64,000 bases of DNA from assembly GCA_049297775.1 (NCBI GenBank), contig JBAQUX010000024.1, forward strand, positions 9,162-73,161, written 5' to 3'. Positions 8,351 through 17,734 of the stretch are shown here, piece after piece; within the stretch, counting starts at the first letter, position 1, and each line of letters begins with the position of its first letter. Both the position numbers and the translations under genes were made by a program. Source of the stretch: Minisyncoccia bacterium (lineage in GTDB: Bacteria > Patescibacteriota > Minisyncoccia > Phycocordibacterales > UBA2100). Under the pieces are notes generated by a model. That model searched no databases and was not told the origin of the DNA. It saw nothing but the letters and a program-made list of their open reading frames with translations.

Positions 8351-10678
8351 TTAATGATGGTCGTCTCCACCTCCGGCTGGGGCTGCAGGAGCTCCACCGC
8401 CAGATGGGGCTGCTGGAGCCGCAGGCGGCGCGAAGCTCGATTGTATTCTTGCTGCCTGTTCTGCGTCTCGTTGCGATTGTCGTTTTGACCTCAGTGCATT
8501 TTTTACTGTATCCTCATTTACTCCAAATTGCTTGCTCTGCTGCGCCTTCATTGCTGATGCGTATGCATTAAACGAAGGCATTTCCGCGTCTATCTTTTTT
8601 GCTGTAGCAGTAAAGTCGCGCATACGTTCTTGGTTTGCTGCGTAGCCTTTCTTGAGTGCTAAATAGTCGCTCGTTTTTCCTGCGTCGCCTGTCGTTGCAA
8701 CGAATTTATTCAATTCATCATTAGATAGTTCAGCATTAAACGCTGTCGATGCATCTTTAAGGCGAGAAGTAATTTTTCGGATACTTTCATCGTACTCTGA
8801 AAGCTTAATTTGCTCAGCTCTTGCACCTGTTCCACCCGCAGCAAGTTTTGTTTGATTATCGTCTGCAAACTTTTTACGCTCTGCCTGTGCCGTGTTAAGT
8901 GCGCTTTGTGCTTCGTCATAATTTTTCTTTTCGCCTGGACGTACCTGACCCTTAATTTCTGAGGCGAGGTTATCAAATGATTTTTTAAGTTCAGCTCCTT
9001 GCGCGCCTTCTTGTTGGGCGGTGCCAAACTTTTTCGCATCGAGAAGCTTTGCTTTCTCTGCTTCGTACTGTTCTTTAAGCTTCGCTTCTCTATCTGCCCC
9101 AGTTCCAACAACCTTATCCATAATTGCCTTACGTGCCAATTGTTCGAGCTTATCTTCGTCCTCATGATGTTTTGAATCTTCCTTCTTTCGTTTTAGATAA
9201 CCTTTCTCTGCTTCTTTTGGTGTAGTTGCCTTGTTGAGTTTTTGCATTCCATCATTAATACCCTTGAGAGCCTTGCTCAGTTTTCCATCAGCACCTAAGG
9301 TTCCAGCAGACTGCCTCCCCTTTGCCGCCATTAGTTTTTTAATATCATTTTCTGATGAATGCAGGCCCATTCCTGCCTCGAGTCCGGCAACTCGCCGAGC
9401 ATTTATTGCATCAATAAAACCACCTCTTGCATTTTGTCCCAGTGTTCGCGCGCCAGCAACCATGCGTCCACTTGCATTAAGCTTATTAAGCCATCCACCG
9501 ATACCAAATAGTAAGCTGTCACTTTTTGCTGAAAGTGAACTCGCGAGTTTTATCGCACCAAAGAGGAGCCCGCAAATAACAAAGTAGTTGATAAGTACAG
9601 CTCCGGCGCCAGGATCGGTGAGGTCGGTCATAGCCTTCGAAAGTGTCATTGAACGATTTACATTTCCCACGAGTGCATCAGAGATTGCAGTTATCGCCCA
9701 GAGCATCATCATCAGTAGCGGTGCGAATATTGCTTGCTGGAAAAGAGCAGAGAGCCACTGCTCTTGGTATGTTTTAAATTTTGGTATCAGAAATGCGACA
9801 GTCGCAAGTGAGGAAACAGCCATTAAAATTATAAGCATTACAATGCGGTAAATGAGCTGGAAAACGCCATAGAACAAAATTACGGTTGCGAGTAGCGTAA
9901 ACGCAAAAAGTCCCATAATAGTAACAAGTACTCCAACAAAATTTGAGCCGACGTTATCCCAGATTTGCTTAGTGCCCGAGCCTGTTGTTGAGCCTGCAAG
10001 ACCACCCGTCGCACCCACAGAAGTCATGAGTCTACTTGCGATACCAATGCCGGTTTTTTTCTCCGTGCCGTTCGCTTGGAGTTGTACCTGGAGCGACGAT
10101 GTACCTTTGAAAAACTGATACGCAACAAAGTTCGATACGTCAATAACCGCTTTCGTGAAGAAGAGACTAAAGTTTATAAGGACCGCAACTACGCATATTT
10201 TTATCGCGAACTGTTTAATGTTGTACGTGTGGTTTCCTAAGATAGTTGCAAAACCGACAAAAACAAACATACCAATAATGATTATGTTTGAGAGATCGCG
10301 AAACACGCTCCACACCATATTTATGGATGTCATAACGTTTCCGTTTAGCGTATCTCCAAAGTTTGTTATTGAATAGTTAATTGCCTGGTCAAAAAGTAGA
10401 CCCGCCATTGAAAGGAAGAAAGTACTAATTCCATTTATTAACGTACCGAGTATGGCGGCGATGCCCCCAAAGAAATAGCTTGAACCAGTACCAAGTGCCG
10501 ATCCTGCGACTGAAGAAAATGCCCAAGAAATCCACCCTGGATCATTACTTGGTGTCGCTTGCGCCGATTGTGCGAGTGCAGTAAGTGTGTGTAGTCCATC
10601 ATGCACACTGAAGACGAGTGGTGACGCAGAAAGAATGAGTGCAACAAAAAAAATCGAGAAATATCTGAATTTCTGCAT
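8351..10678 (-). CDS. polytopic membrane protein with long C-terminal coiled-coil/low-complexity tail, VirB6/TrbL-like
   Basis: Signal-like start MQKFRYFSIFFVALILSA at 10678 (track ORF extends to 10729); multiple TM helices followed by a K/E/A/Q-rich tail ending in a PAAPAAPSGGGAPAAPAGGGDDHH motif. Confidence 0.6.
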   Translation of the reverse strand: MQKFRYFSIFFVALILSASPLVFSVHDGLHTLTALAQSAQATPSNDPGWISWAFSSVAGSALGTGSSYFFGGIAAILGTLINGISTFFLSMAGLLFDQAINYSITNFGDTLNGNVMTSINMVWSVFRDLSNIIIIGMFVFVGFATILGNHTYNIKQFAIKICVVAVLINFSLFFTKAVIDVSNFVAYQFFKGTSSLQVQLQANGTEKKTGIGIASRLMTSVGATGGLAGSTTGSGTKQIWDNVGSNFVGVLVTIMGLFAFTLLATVILFYGVFQLIYRIVMLIILMAVSSLATVAFLIPKFKTYQEQWLSALFQQAIFAPLLMMMLWAITAISDALVGNVNRSMTLSKAMTDLTDPGAGAVLINYFVICGLLFGAIKLASSLSAKSDSLLFGIGGWLNKLNASGRMVAGARTLGQNARGGFIDAINARRVAGLEAGMGLHSSENDIKKLMAAKGRQSAGTLGADGKLSKALKGINDGMQKLNKATTPKEAEKGYLKRKKEDSKHHEDEDKLEQLARKAIMDKVVGTGADREAKLKEQYEAEKAKLLDAKKFGTAQQEGAQGAELKKSFDNLASEIKGQVRPGEKKNYDEAQSALNTAQAERKKFADDNQTKLAAGGTGARAEQIKLSEYDESIRKITSRLKDASTAFNAELSNDELNKFVATTGDAGKTSDYLALKKGYAANQERMRDFTATAKKIDAEMPSFNAYASAMKAQQSKQFGVNEDTVKNALRSKRQSQRDAEQAARIQSSFAPPAAPAAPSGGGAPAAPAGGGDDHH

Positions 10679-10738
10679 TGAGAATAGTATACCGTATTCT
10701 ACAGTACTCTGCGTATGCGTAGTGCACACAAAACGGGT

Positions 10739-12511
10739 TTAGTTATTTACCTGAAAGTCCGTCCACTTCTCCTCTTTACACCATGACTTTTCCCAGTCAG
10801 ATTTTGTCTTGTCGTAAAGTAAGTTAAGGGCGTCATTCACTTGTGAACGCTGATCTGTTGCATTAGAGACATCTCCACTGCCGTGCAGTGCCTTCCCTGC
10901 AACCATTTGGTCTAACTGTTCAAGAACAAAACGTGTAATTGAAGGATTCTTGTTGTCTGCGAGCATTTGGTTTAATTTTTGGAGTGCAGTCAACGCTTTT
11001 TGGCCGTTAGTAATTGATGTGGTGATTGCAGAAAGTAGAGGACGTACTTCTGAGTTTATTATTGCCAATGATTTATCTCGTGTAATGAGTAACTTTACCG
11101 TTTCTCTCTCAGTACCTGAACGCGCAACGATAAGGTGATATTTTTTCGGATTTGATTCACTTGAACCAGGGGCATCTGATTCGGTGTCAGTGACTGATGC
11201 GCCACAATTGCCATAGTTTTGACCGTCTCCACCACATACTCTGTCTTCAAGTTTCTTTTTAGTATCTTCTTTCGCTTTGTCTATGAGTTTTGTGTAACAC
11301 ACATCTTCCAGGCGAAGCAATTTGGTAACAAAATCTTCAAGAAGTTTCTTCGTTGCCGTGCGAACGCCCACATACTGGGTCTCAAGATCGAGTGCTTTTT
11401 TAAGTGCATCCACTCCTACGGTCGTTGTTTCTCCTGTTGCTCGCCCGAATGAATCTTGGACGGTCTTATCTAGATATGAGGGCTGCCCATTTCGACTCTC
11501 TGTTGAGCCCTTAAAACCAGTGAAGCTTGAAAGTACTTGGTTCTGAAAGTTTGAAATAAAACCACCCAGTAGTTCGTCAATTTGGTCAGCATTTTCTGTT
11601 TGTCTAAATCCTGTCTGTGATACATAACTCGCCATGTCAGAAATAACTTTTCCAGGAGTTACAATGTTACATTGCTCCTCATATTTGCCATTTCCTGAAG
11701 GAACTTGTGTACATTCTTTTTGCGATCTAAATCCATTCCCCCACTCAAGTTCACGCAAATCATTTTCTTGGGTTGTTTGTATCGCTCTGTTGAGTGTTTC
11801 ATTTGCGTAGGTGTATGCGCTCAGTGGGTCATTACCAGACTGAAGTAATGAAAGATATGCGGCAAAACCTCCGCCTTCATCTAGGTTTCCATCAAGGAGT
11901 TTCTGTAATTGGTCTGGCGTCCCTGGAAATTTACATGCATAGGTAGATGTTTGCTTACGGGTGCGATTTTGGTAGTTTCGTAGAACGGCTTGTTTTACTG
12001 AATCTCGGTATGGCGCACAAATGTTGTTCAGTGATTCGTCTTCAAGAAACTTCTGAGCGACTTCATCTGAGCGTTCCCGCATTTCTTGAGGGACGTTTTG
12101 TGAATACTGCGTTCTACCATCTGGACCCTTGTTAATGCCACTTACTGCAGCTCGTAGGAGGCCAGAAACCAAGGCTTCACGCTGTCGCACGTTAAGTCCA
12201 TCAAGAACACAAAATTTATTGACTAATATAAATGTATTAAGTGCAACCGCTTCTTCTGAGACCGGAACAAATGTTCCAGCTGCATGGCGCTGTCCGACTG
12301 GCCCTACCTGCCCAATGCCTTGACACCCGTAGATACCATCTCGAGCAAAGCCGGTGAAGTCGAAGGAGGCGTTTTGATTGGTCGTACCATTAGCATTTTG
12401 CGTCCCATCTATAGCTTTCAAAATATCGTCCAAGCTTTTTGTTTGCGCATGCGCACCATGCGCAGGGAGTGCGCAGATTATTACAATTAATATTATTGCG
12501 AGTAATTTCAT
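10739..12511 (-). CDS. large secreted protein of unknown function
   Basis: 590 aa, clear signal peptide MKLLAIILIVIICALPAHGAHA, Cys-containing extracellular-type composition. Confidence 0.6.
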   Translation of the reverse strand: MKLLAIILIVIICALPAHGAHAQTKSLDDILKAIDGTQNANGTTNQNASFDFTGFARDGIYGCQGIGQVGPVGQRHAAGTFVPVSEEAVALNTFILVNKFCVLDGLNVRQREALVSGLLRAAVSGINKGPDGRTQYSQNVPQEMRERSDEVAQKFLEDESLNNICAPYRDSVKQAVLRNYQNRTRKQTSTYACKFPGTPDQLQKLLDGNLDEGGGFAAYLSLLQSGNDPLSAYTYANETLNRAIQTTQENDLRELEWGNGFRSQKECTQVPSGNGKYEEQCNIVTPGKVISDMASYVSQTGFRQTENADQIDELLGGFISNFQNQVLSSFTGFKGSTESRNGQPSYLDKTVQDSFGRATGETTTVGVDALKKALDLETQYVGVRTATKKLLEDFVTKLLRLEDVCYTKLIDKAKEDTKKKLEDRVCGGDGQNYGNCGASVTDTESDAPGSSESNPKKYHLIVARSGTERETVKLLITRDKSLAIINSEVRPLLSAITTSITNGQKALTALQKLNQMLADNKNPSITRFVLEQLDQMVAGKALHGSGDVSNATDQRSQVNDALNLLYDKTKSDWEKSWCKEEKWTDFQVNN

Positions 12512-13413
12512 AGATTTTCAACTTTTTTTATGAGGAAATATGTTTGAAATGATTGAAACGCGAGTTCTACTTCTTGCTCGGCTTTTCCAAAGTGACCAAC
12601 AGCAGCATAGCTTCCTGCAACGTCGTCAAATCCTTTTGACATGCCGTTGAGGCTCGCACTTAAGTAAGAAAGTGCATTTGCTAGCGTAATATGCTGTGCG
12701 AGCACGTCATCAGGGACTTCAACCGTGAGTAGTTTTTCCGCTACCCCTGCGTATAGTTTCGCATATTCTCCAAGTTTTCCAAATTCAGCTGGGTCATTTT
12801 TATCAACGGCACGCGCATATGTTTGAAGTTCATATTCTGGGATTGTAGACATGGCTTCGATGGCCTTTTTCGTATCATCACGATAACGGGTGACTCGTTC
12901 TGTGCTCGTGTCACGAGTACTTTTCTTTATTGAATCAAGTGTGTACTTTGTGTATACAAGTTTTTTTGTTCTATCTAGTGCGTTACCTATGATTTTATCA
13001 TTATCTTTCGGTTGGTATACTCCAAGCTCCGTTCGGTTGATAAAAGTACCAATAAGGTCTCCTGCAAGCATTTCAGTTTTTGTTGTTGGTTGGACGTCTG
13101 CCGGCGCTTCGGTGGTTTCAGCATTTTTGCTCTTTTTTTCTGCGATTTCATCTTTATCACTTACTCCATCATCATCAGTATCTTTCTTGGTGCTATCAGT
13201 CCCGTATAACTGTTCTTCCCAGTCTTCAACCCCGTCACTATCGGTATCGCGGATATCCGATACTGGCAATTGTTTTTCCTGACGTCCATCTGTAGTAGTC
13301 GTAGCTGTACGTGTTTGCGTAACAATCGCGCTCGTTACTATAACCGCAACACCAATTATCAGTGTGCTGAGTACTTGGGGTGAAGTGGAGATGGGAATCC
13401 TAGGAAAAATCAC
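12508..13413 (-). CDS. membrane-anchored protein with thrombospondin-type-3-like Asp-rich calcium-binding repeats
   Basis: 301 aa; N-terminal TM; DTDSDGVEDWEE...DTDDDGVSDKDE motifs. Confidence 0.6.
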   Translation of the reverse strand: MIFPRIPISTSPQVLSTLIIGVAVIVTSAIVTQTRTATTTTDGRQEKQLPVSDIRDTDSDGVEDWEEQLYGTDSTKKDTDDDGVSDKDEIAEKKSKNAETTEAPADVQPTTKTEMLAGDLIGTFINRTELGVYQPKDNDKIIGNALDRTKKLVYTKYTLDSIKKSTRDTSTERVTRYRDDTKKAIEAMSTIPEYELQTYARAVDKNDPAEFGKLGEYAKLYAGVAEKLLTVEVPDDVLAQHITLANALSYLSASLNGMSKGFDDVAGSYAAVGHFGKAEQEVELAFQSFQTYFLIKKVENL

Positions 13414-13480
13414 CCTTATAGTATACGTTACAAATATAGAATACCGCGCATGTGCGTACGCCTCCTGTGCATTAATCTTA

Positions 13481-14335
13481 CTAAAAGCCAGTAACTGCCG
13501 GAGAAAATATCCCCCCCGGCTCGTCTGGTGAAAATTTTACCCCATAGGCACCAAAAAGTTGTGCAAGTGCGATAAAACTTTCGCCAAAAGTCTCAACTGA
13601 TCCGTTGTATATCAGAATCTGAGCATAGATTGCTTCGTCCGTGTTTTTGCCGGAAAATGCGAGAAGTTGATTCCCTACGCCAGTGTATCCAAGACTGAGT
13701 CTATGGGCGCTTTCGGAAAATCCATGTGGTGCCAGCGTGTCATCAATGTTTTTTGCGAGCTGTATGTAGTTGTCACCAATATTTTTTATATCAGAATATG
13801 ATTCTGTATTTTTGTTTTTTACAAATACACCAAGCGCTTCATTTTGGTCGCCATTTTTTATTACCATGTCGTGAATCTTTTGTCCGATGGTATTCCCGTA
13901 CTCATGAATTACTTTCTTGAGCTGATCTTCTTCCGAAAGCACATCTTTCGTGGCGTTGGTGTTTGTATGAGTAATAACTCCTAGGCCGTCGAGGGTGATA
14001 AGTTCCGGGTCTGATGAAATTTTTTGTGAGGGCTTATTTGTTGGTGCATCCTCGCTCACTACTTCTTTATTTTTCGGCTCTGCTACTGTAAATATACCTC
14101 GGCGTATCGTAGAGCCCCATTCACTGAAGGAATCTTTTTTTGATAACGTTGCTTCGTCAGCACGGGCGGTACGTGGAGTATATGTATCATATTGTGTAGG
14201 TGTGCCGATAGTGCCTCCATCAACAAACGTCAAATCTCGAGTATTTTTTCCTGGTGCAATAAATACAACGTATGCTGTAGTCAGTGCCCCCATAAGCACC
14301 AGTGCTACTCCTATCATTCCGAACTTTGTTGCCAT
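13481..14335 (-). CDS. membrane-anchored secreted protein (first gene of the T4SS-like cluster)
   Basis: ORF is open to 14386 but MATKFGMIGVALVLMGALTTAYVVF at 14335 gives a short N-term followed by a TM anchor; 14386 start would abut a divergent ATG. Confidence 0.5.
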   Translation of the reverse strand: MATKFGMIGVALVLMGALTTAYVVFIAPGKNTRDLTFVDGGTIGTPTQYDTYTPRTARADEATLSKKDSFSEWGSTIRRGIFTVAEPKNKEVVSEDAPTNKPSQKISSDPELITLDGLGVITHTNTNATKDVLSEEDQLKKVIHEYGNTIGQKIHDMVIKNGDQNEALGVFVKNKNTESYSDIKNIGDNYIQLAKNIDDTLAPHGFSESAHRLSLGYTGVGNQLLAFSGKNTDEAIYAQILIYNGSVETFGESFIALAQLFGAYGVKFSPDEPGGIFSPAVTGF

Positions 14336-14387
14336 GGTGGACAGTATACCGTGACAATTTTGGTATGGGTGTAATACTGTACACATT

Positions 14388-14741
14388 ATGAAAAAACTCT
14401 TTCACAAGAAAAGCATTGTGACGTTGCTCCTTGTGTTTTCGGTAAGTGTCTCTCTATGGTCCATACCACAACGCTCTGAAGCTATTGTGTATTTTGGTGG
14501 GTCAATTGGAAGAATAATCTTTTGCATCAACAACGTTACCTACGCAAATCTCGGTGCACCTCGTGGCGGTCCATATTTATGGTCACCTAAGGTAACTAAG
14601 ACATATCAGTTTGGTCCTCCGCGACATTCAGGACAGTGGCTTCTTGGAGCGGCCGGACCTTCATATTTTTGTATCGAGTCAGTATTGCCACTCATTGTGC
14701 ACCCAGGACTCCTCATTTTGTTCATGGGTAGTAGCCAGTAA
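14388..14741 (+). CDS. small secreted Gly/Pro-rich protein (hypothetical)
   Basis: 117 aa, convincing signal peptide MKKLFHKKSIVTLLLVFSVSVSLWSI; start codon lies back-to-back with the 14386 minus ATG, so doubtful. Confidence 0.35.
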   Translation: MKKLFHKKSIVTLLLVFSVSVSLWSIPQRSEAIVYFGGSIGRIIFCINNVTYANLGAPRGGPYLWSPKVTKTYQFGPPRHSGQWLLGAAGPSYFCIESVLPLIVHPGLLILFMGSSQ

Positions 14742-14784
14742 AGACAGTAGATAGTACTGTTTTTATTATGTACTGAGCCGAGTG

Positions 14785-15636
14785 TTATCGAGAATTAGTA
14801 GTTGTGGTAAGTGCTTTTACTAACTGTACCCACTGAGTTAGTGGAACGTCTTCAGCGCGCGCAGTACGTGATATACGAACGATATCCAAAGATGCCTGAA
14901 TTGCTTCATCGGTAAACAATGAGCGCAAATTACCAGCGAGCATTTTTCTTCGTGCTTTGAATGCACACTTAACTATCGAAAAAAAATGTTGCTCGTCCAC
15001 AGAATCAAATCTTTGACGTGAAATTGAGCTTATATGAATAATTGCTGAATCTACATTTGGCGGTGGGCTAAATGCGCCTCGTGGCACCGTCTTTATATAT
15101 CTAGGTTCGCCGTACACTTTTACTGACAAAGAAAGAATACTTTCCTTTTTTGAGCGTGCGATTCTTTCAGCGACTTCTTTCTGAACAAGTAGTGTAATAG
15201 ATAGCGGTTGGTGCTTCGCTTCAAAAGCGTCACGAATAATCTCGCCAGTTATGTAATAGGGGATGTTCGCAACAACTTTATATGGTGCACCATGCGCCTG
15301 ACTTTCTGCAGAAAATGTTCGAATGTCACCGTGGATGAGTTCGAAACGTTTTTCCGATATCTCTTGAGTAAAAAGCGTTGTGAGTAGCGGGATAAGATCG
15401 GCATCCTTTTCAATCGCAATCACGTGTGCACCAGTATCAAGTAGTTTTCGTGTAAGCACGCCTGTACCAGGCCCTATTTCGACGACGGTATCCTGCTTCG
15501 TTACTTCTGCCGCCCGTACCATCTCATATAACGCTGAAACTGACGTCAGAAAATGTTGCCCGAGGTGCTTTTTTGCTATGGGTCCTTTTTTTCTACTACG
15601 AGCGTCAGCATTTTTTTTGTGTGGGCGGTGCATCAT
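14785..15636 (-). CDS. rsmA: 16S rRNA (adenine1518/1519-N6)-dimethyltransferase
   Basis: 283 aa; HLGQHFL...VVEIGPGTGVLT SAM-binding motif of KsgA/RsmA. Confidence 0.85.
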   Translation of the reverse strand: MMHRPHKKNADARSRKKGPIAKKHLGQHFLTSVSALYEMVRAAEVTKQDTVVEIGPGTGVLTRKLLDTGAHVIAIEKDADLIPLLTTLFTQEISEKRFELIHGDIRTFSAESQAHGAPYKVVANIPYYITGEIIRDAFEAKHQPLSITLLVQKEVAERIARSKKESILSLSVKVYGEPRYIKTVPRGAFSPPPNVDSAIIHISSISRQRFDSVDEQHFFSIVKCAFKARRKMLAGNLRSLFTDEAIQASLDIVRISRTARAEDVPLTQWVQLVKALTTTTNSR

Positions 15637-15700
15637 GCATAGTATCGCATATATACCACCCTCCGTTAATCACATGAGCTACCTCGGTATATAGTCAGTG

Positions 15701-17641
15701 TTAAAAGTCTATCAGGTCTACTTTACGCTCAGTCACGTGCTCAGTGTTTATATCCAAACATTCAGGTGGAATGTCCGCGATGAATTCAGATGCGACAGAT
15801 ACTTTTTGCTGTCCAAAAACCGTACGAATCATAGCGTACGACAAGAACAATTTTTTGCGCGCCCGAGTTATTGCCACATACATCAGTCGACGCTCTTCTT
15901 CCTCGTCAACGTCGTCGTTGAGCTTTTCGTGAGGGAATATCCCCTGTTCGAGCCCAGCAATAAACACATACTCAAACTCCAAACCTTTCGCTGCATGTAC
16001 GGTCATGAGTTTGACGGAATTCGTATGTTTTTCGAGTGAATCTTGGTCTGTAGCAAGTGCAGCGTCATCAAGGAGTTTTTCGATGCCAGAAAGTGACTCC
16101 ATTTCGTCATACTTAGTTGCAAGGGCAATAAGTTCTTTTACGTTTGCGAGACGCTCCTCACCCTCAGAGCCATCTTGTTTAAGTGCATCCTCAATACCGC
16201 TACGTTTTATGACGAACGCAATAGTTTCTGATGGTCGCATTGTCCCTGCCGCACGACGAATCTCATCAAGAAGTAACTTAAAGTCGCGTACCTTTTTTTG
16301 AAGTGCGGGAGAGAGGGTGTCTTCTTGGTGCAACAACATCTTGGCAAGCGTTGATTTACCAATACCTCGTGGAGGAGTACTTACGGCTCGTGCAATATCA
16401 CCTGGGGCATCTTCGTTTAGCGATGCTTTAAGGTAACTCATCACATCCTTAACCTCGGCACGTTCAAAAAACCGTGTACCAAGAACTTGATATGGAACAT
16501 CACTACGCAGACATGCCTCTTCCAGTACCCGCGAGAGAAAGTTCATTCTATAAAGAATCGCAATTGCAGAAGGAGAAACGCCATCAGCAATCAAGGTGCT
16601 TATTGTTGCAGCAATAGTACGCGCCTCATCTTCACCTGAATATGCAGTCCCGACAGAAATTAAATCGCCAGAGTCTGCCTTCGTAAAAAGTTGTTTTTCA
16701 GTTCTTTTCTTATTTTTCTTTATGACAGTATTTGCCGCAAGGAGAATGTTTTGTGTTGAGCGATAATTTTCTTCAAGTATAACCACTTGCGTTCCGGGAA
16801 ACTGCTTTTCAAACGAAAGTAGGTTTTCCAATTGGGCACCGCGCCATGAATAAATAAGTTGGTCTGTGTCACCGACAACACAAATATTGTGGCGTGTTCC
16901 AGTGAGCAGTTTTGCCATAGAGAATTGCACGGCGTTTGTATCTTGGTACTCATCTATATGTATGTATGTCCAGCGCTCCTGTAGCTTCTCGCGTACTCCA
17001 GCGTTGTTCTGTAATAAGCGCACAGTTTTTTCTAGCAAATCATCGAAGTCGAGAGCCCCTTCTTCCTTGAGTGCCATTTCATATCTATGCATTACTTCTC
17101 CGACAAAAGTCTTCCAAGGGTTGTGAGTGTTCGCCAATAGTTGTTCGTGTGTGTGCCCAGCTGATTTAGTTTGAGAAATAAGTGAAAGTACGGAGCGCGG
17201 TTCGTACTGTTTTGGGTCGTAGCCAAGACTGACAATGATTCCTTTTACGACACGCATGCTGTCGTCTCGGTCATATATTGCAAAATGTCGCTTTAAACCT
17301 GCCTCAGTGGCAAATTCTCGAAGAATTGACACACCGAGCGCATGGAACGTAGCCATATACGGCATACTTCCACCCGACGCAAACATAGAAATGGGTCGAT
17401 TGAGAGTGGGGTCATTCTTAAGTAATGCATATACACGTTCGCGCATCTCTTTAGCTGCTTTGTTTGTAAATGTAATGGCGAGTATGTGCTCCGCTGATAC
17501 ACCTGACTTAATTAAGTGGACAATTCTGTGAGTGAGCGTCTTGGTCTTCCCCGTTCCAGCGCCAGCAATAATGAGTAGCGGCCCATCTCTATGGGCAACG
17601 GCCTGTCGCTGTTCGTCATTCAATCCATCTGAAGTGTGCAT
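15701..17641 (-). CDS. uvrD: ATP-dependent DNA helicase UvrD/PcrA family
   Basis: LNDEQRQAV...IIAGAGTGKTKTL Walker A and UvrD motifs; ORF is open to 17716 but the MHTSDG start at 17641 leaves a 93 bp divergent intergenic region with murA. Confidence 0.85.
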   Translation of the reverse strand: MHTSDGLNDEQRQAVAHRDGPLLIIAGAGTGKTKTLTHRIVHLIKSGVSAEHILAITFTNKAAKEMRERVYALLKNDPTLNRPISMFASGGSMPYMATFHALGVSILREFATEAGLKRHFAIYDRDDSMRVVKGIIVSLGYDPKQYEPRSVLSLISQTKSAGHTHEQLLANTHNPWKTFVGEVMHRYEMALKEEGALDFDDLLEKTVRLLQNNAGVREKLQERWTYIHIDEYQDTNAVQFSMAKLLTGTRHNICVVGDTDQLIYSWRGAQLENLLSFEKQFPGTQVVILEENYRSTQNILLAANTVIKKNKKRTEKQLFTKADSGDLISVGTAYSGEDEARTIAATISTLIADGVSPSAIAILYRMNFLSRVLEEACLRSDVPYQVLGTRFFERAEVKDVMSYLKASLNEDAPGDIARAVSTPPRGIGKSTLAKMLLHQEDTLSPALQKKVRDFKLLLDEIRRAAGTMRPSETIAFVIKRSGIEDALKQDGSEGEERLANVKELIALATKYDEMESLSGIEKLLDDAALATDQDSLEKHTNSVKLMTVHAAKGLEFEYVFIAGLEQGIFPHEKLNDDVDEEEERRLMYVAITRARKKLFLSYAMIRTVFGQQKVSVASEFIADIPPECLDINTEHVTERKVDLIDF

Positions 17642-17734
17642 GTGGGACACAATACCACAGCACACGTCTCTTCTTACGCAGTGTGCATATAATTCAATAT
17701 TTGAAAAGTATCTCATATATGAGATACTTCAAGT

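Noticed and set aside
9231-9851. Plus-strand ORFs of 118 aa and 87 aa inside the VirB6-like gene
   Set aside because: They are antisense to the low-complexity coiled-coil region of a long, well-supported ORF.
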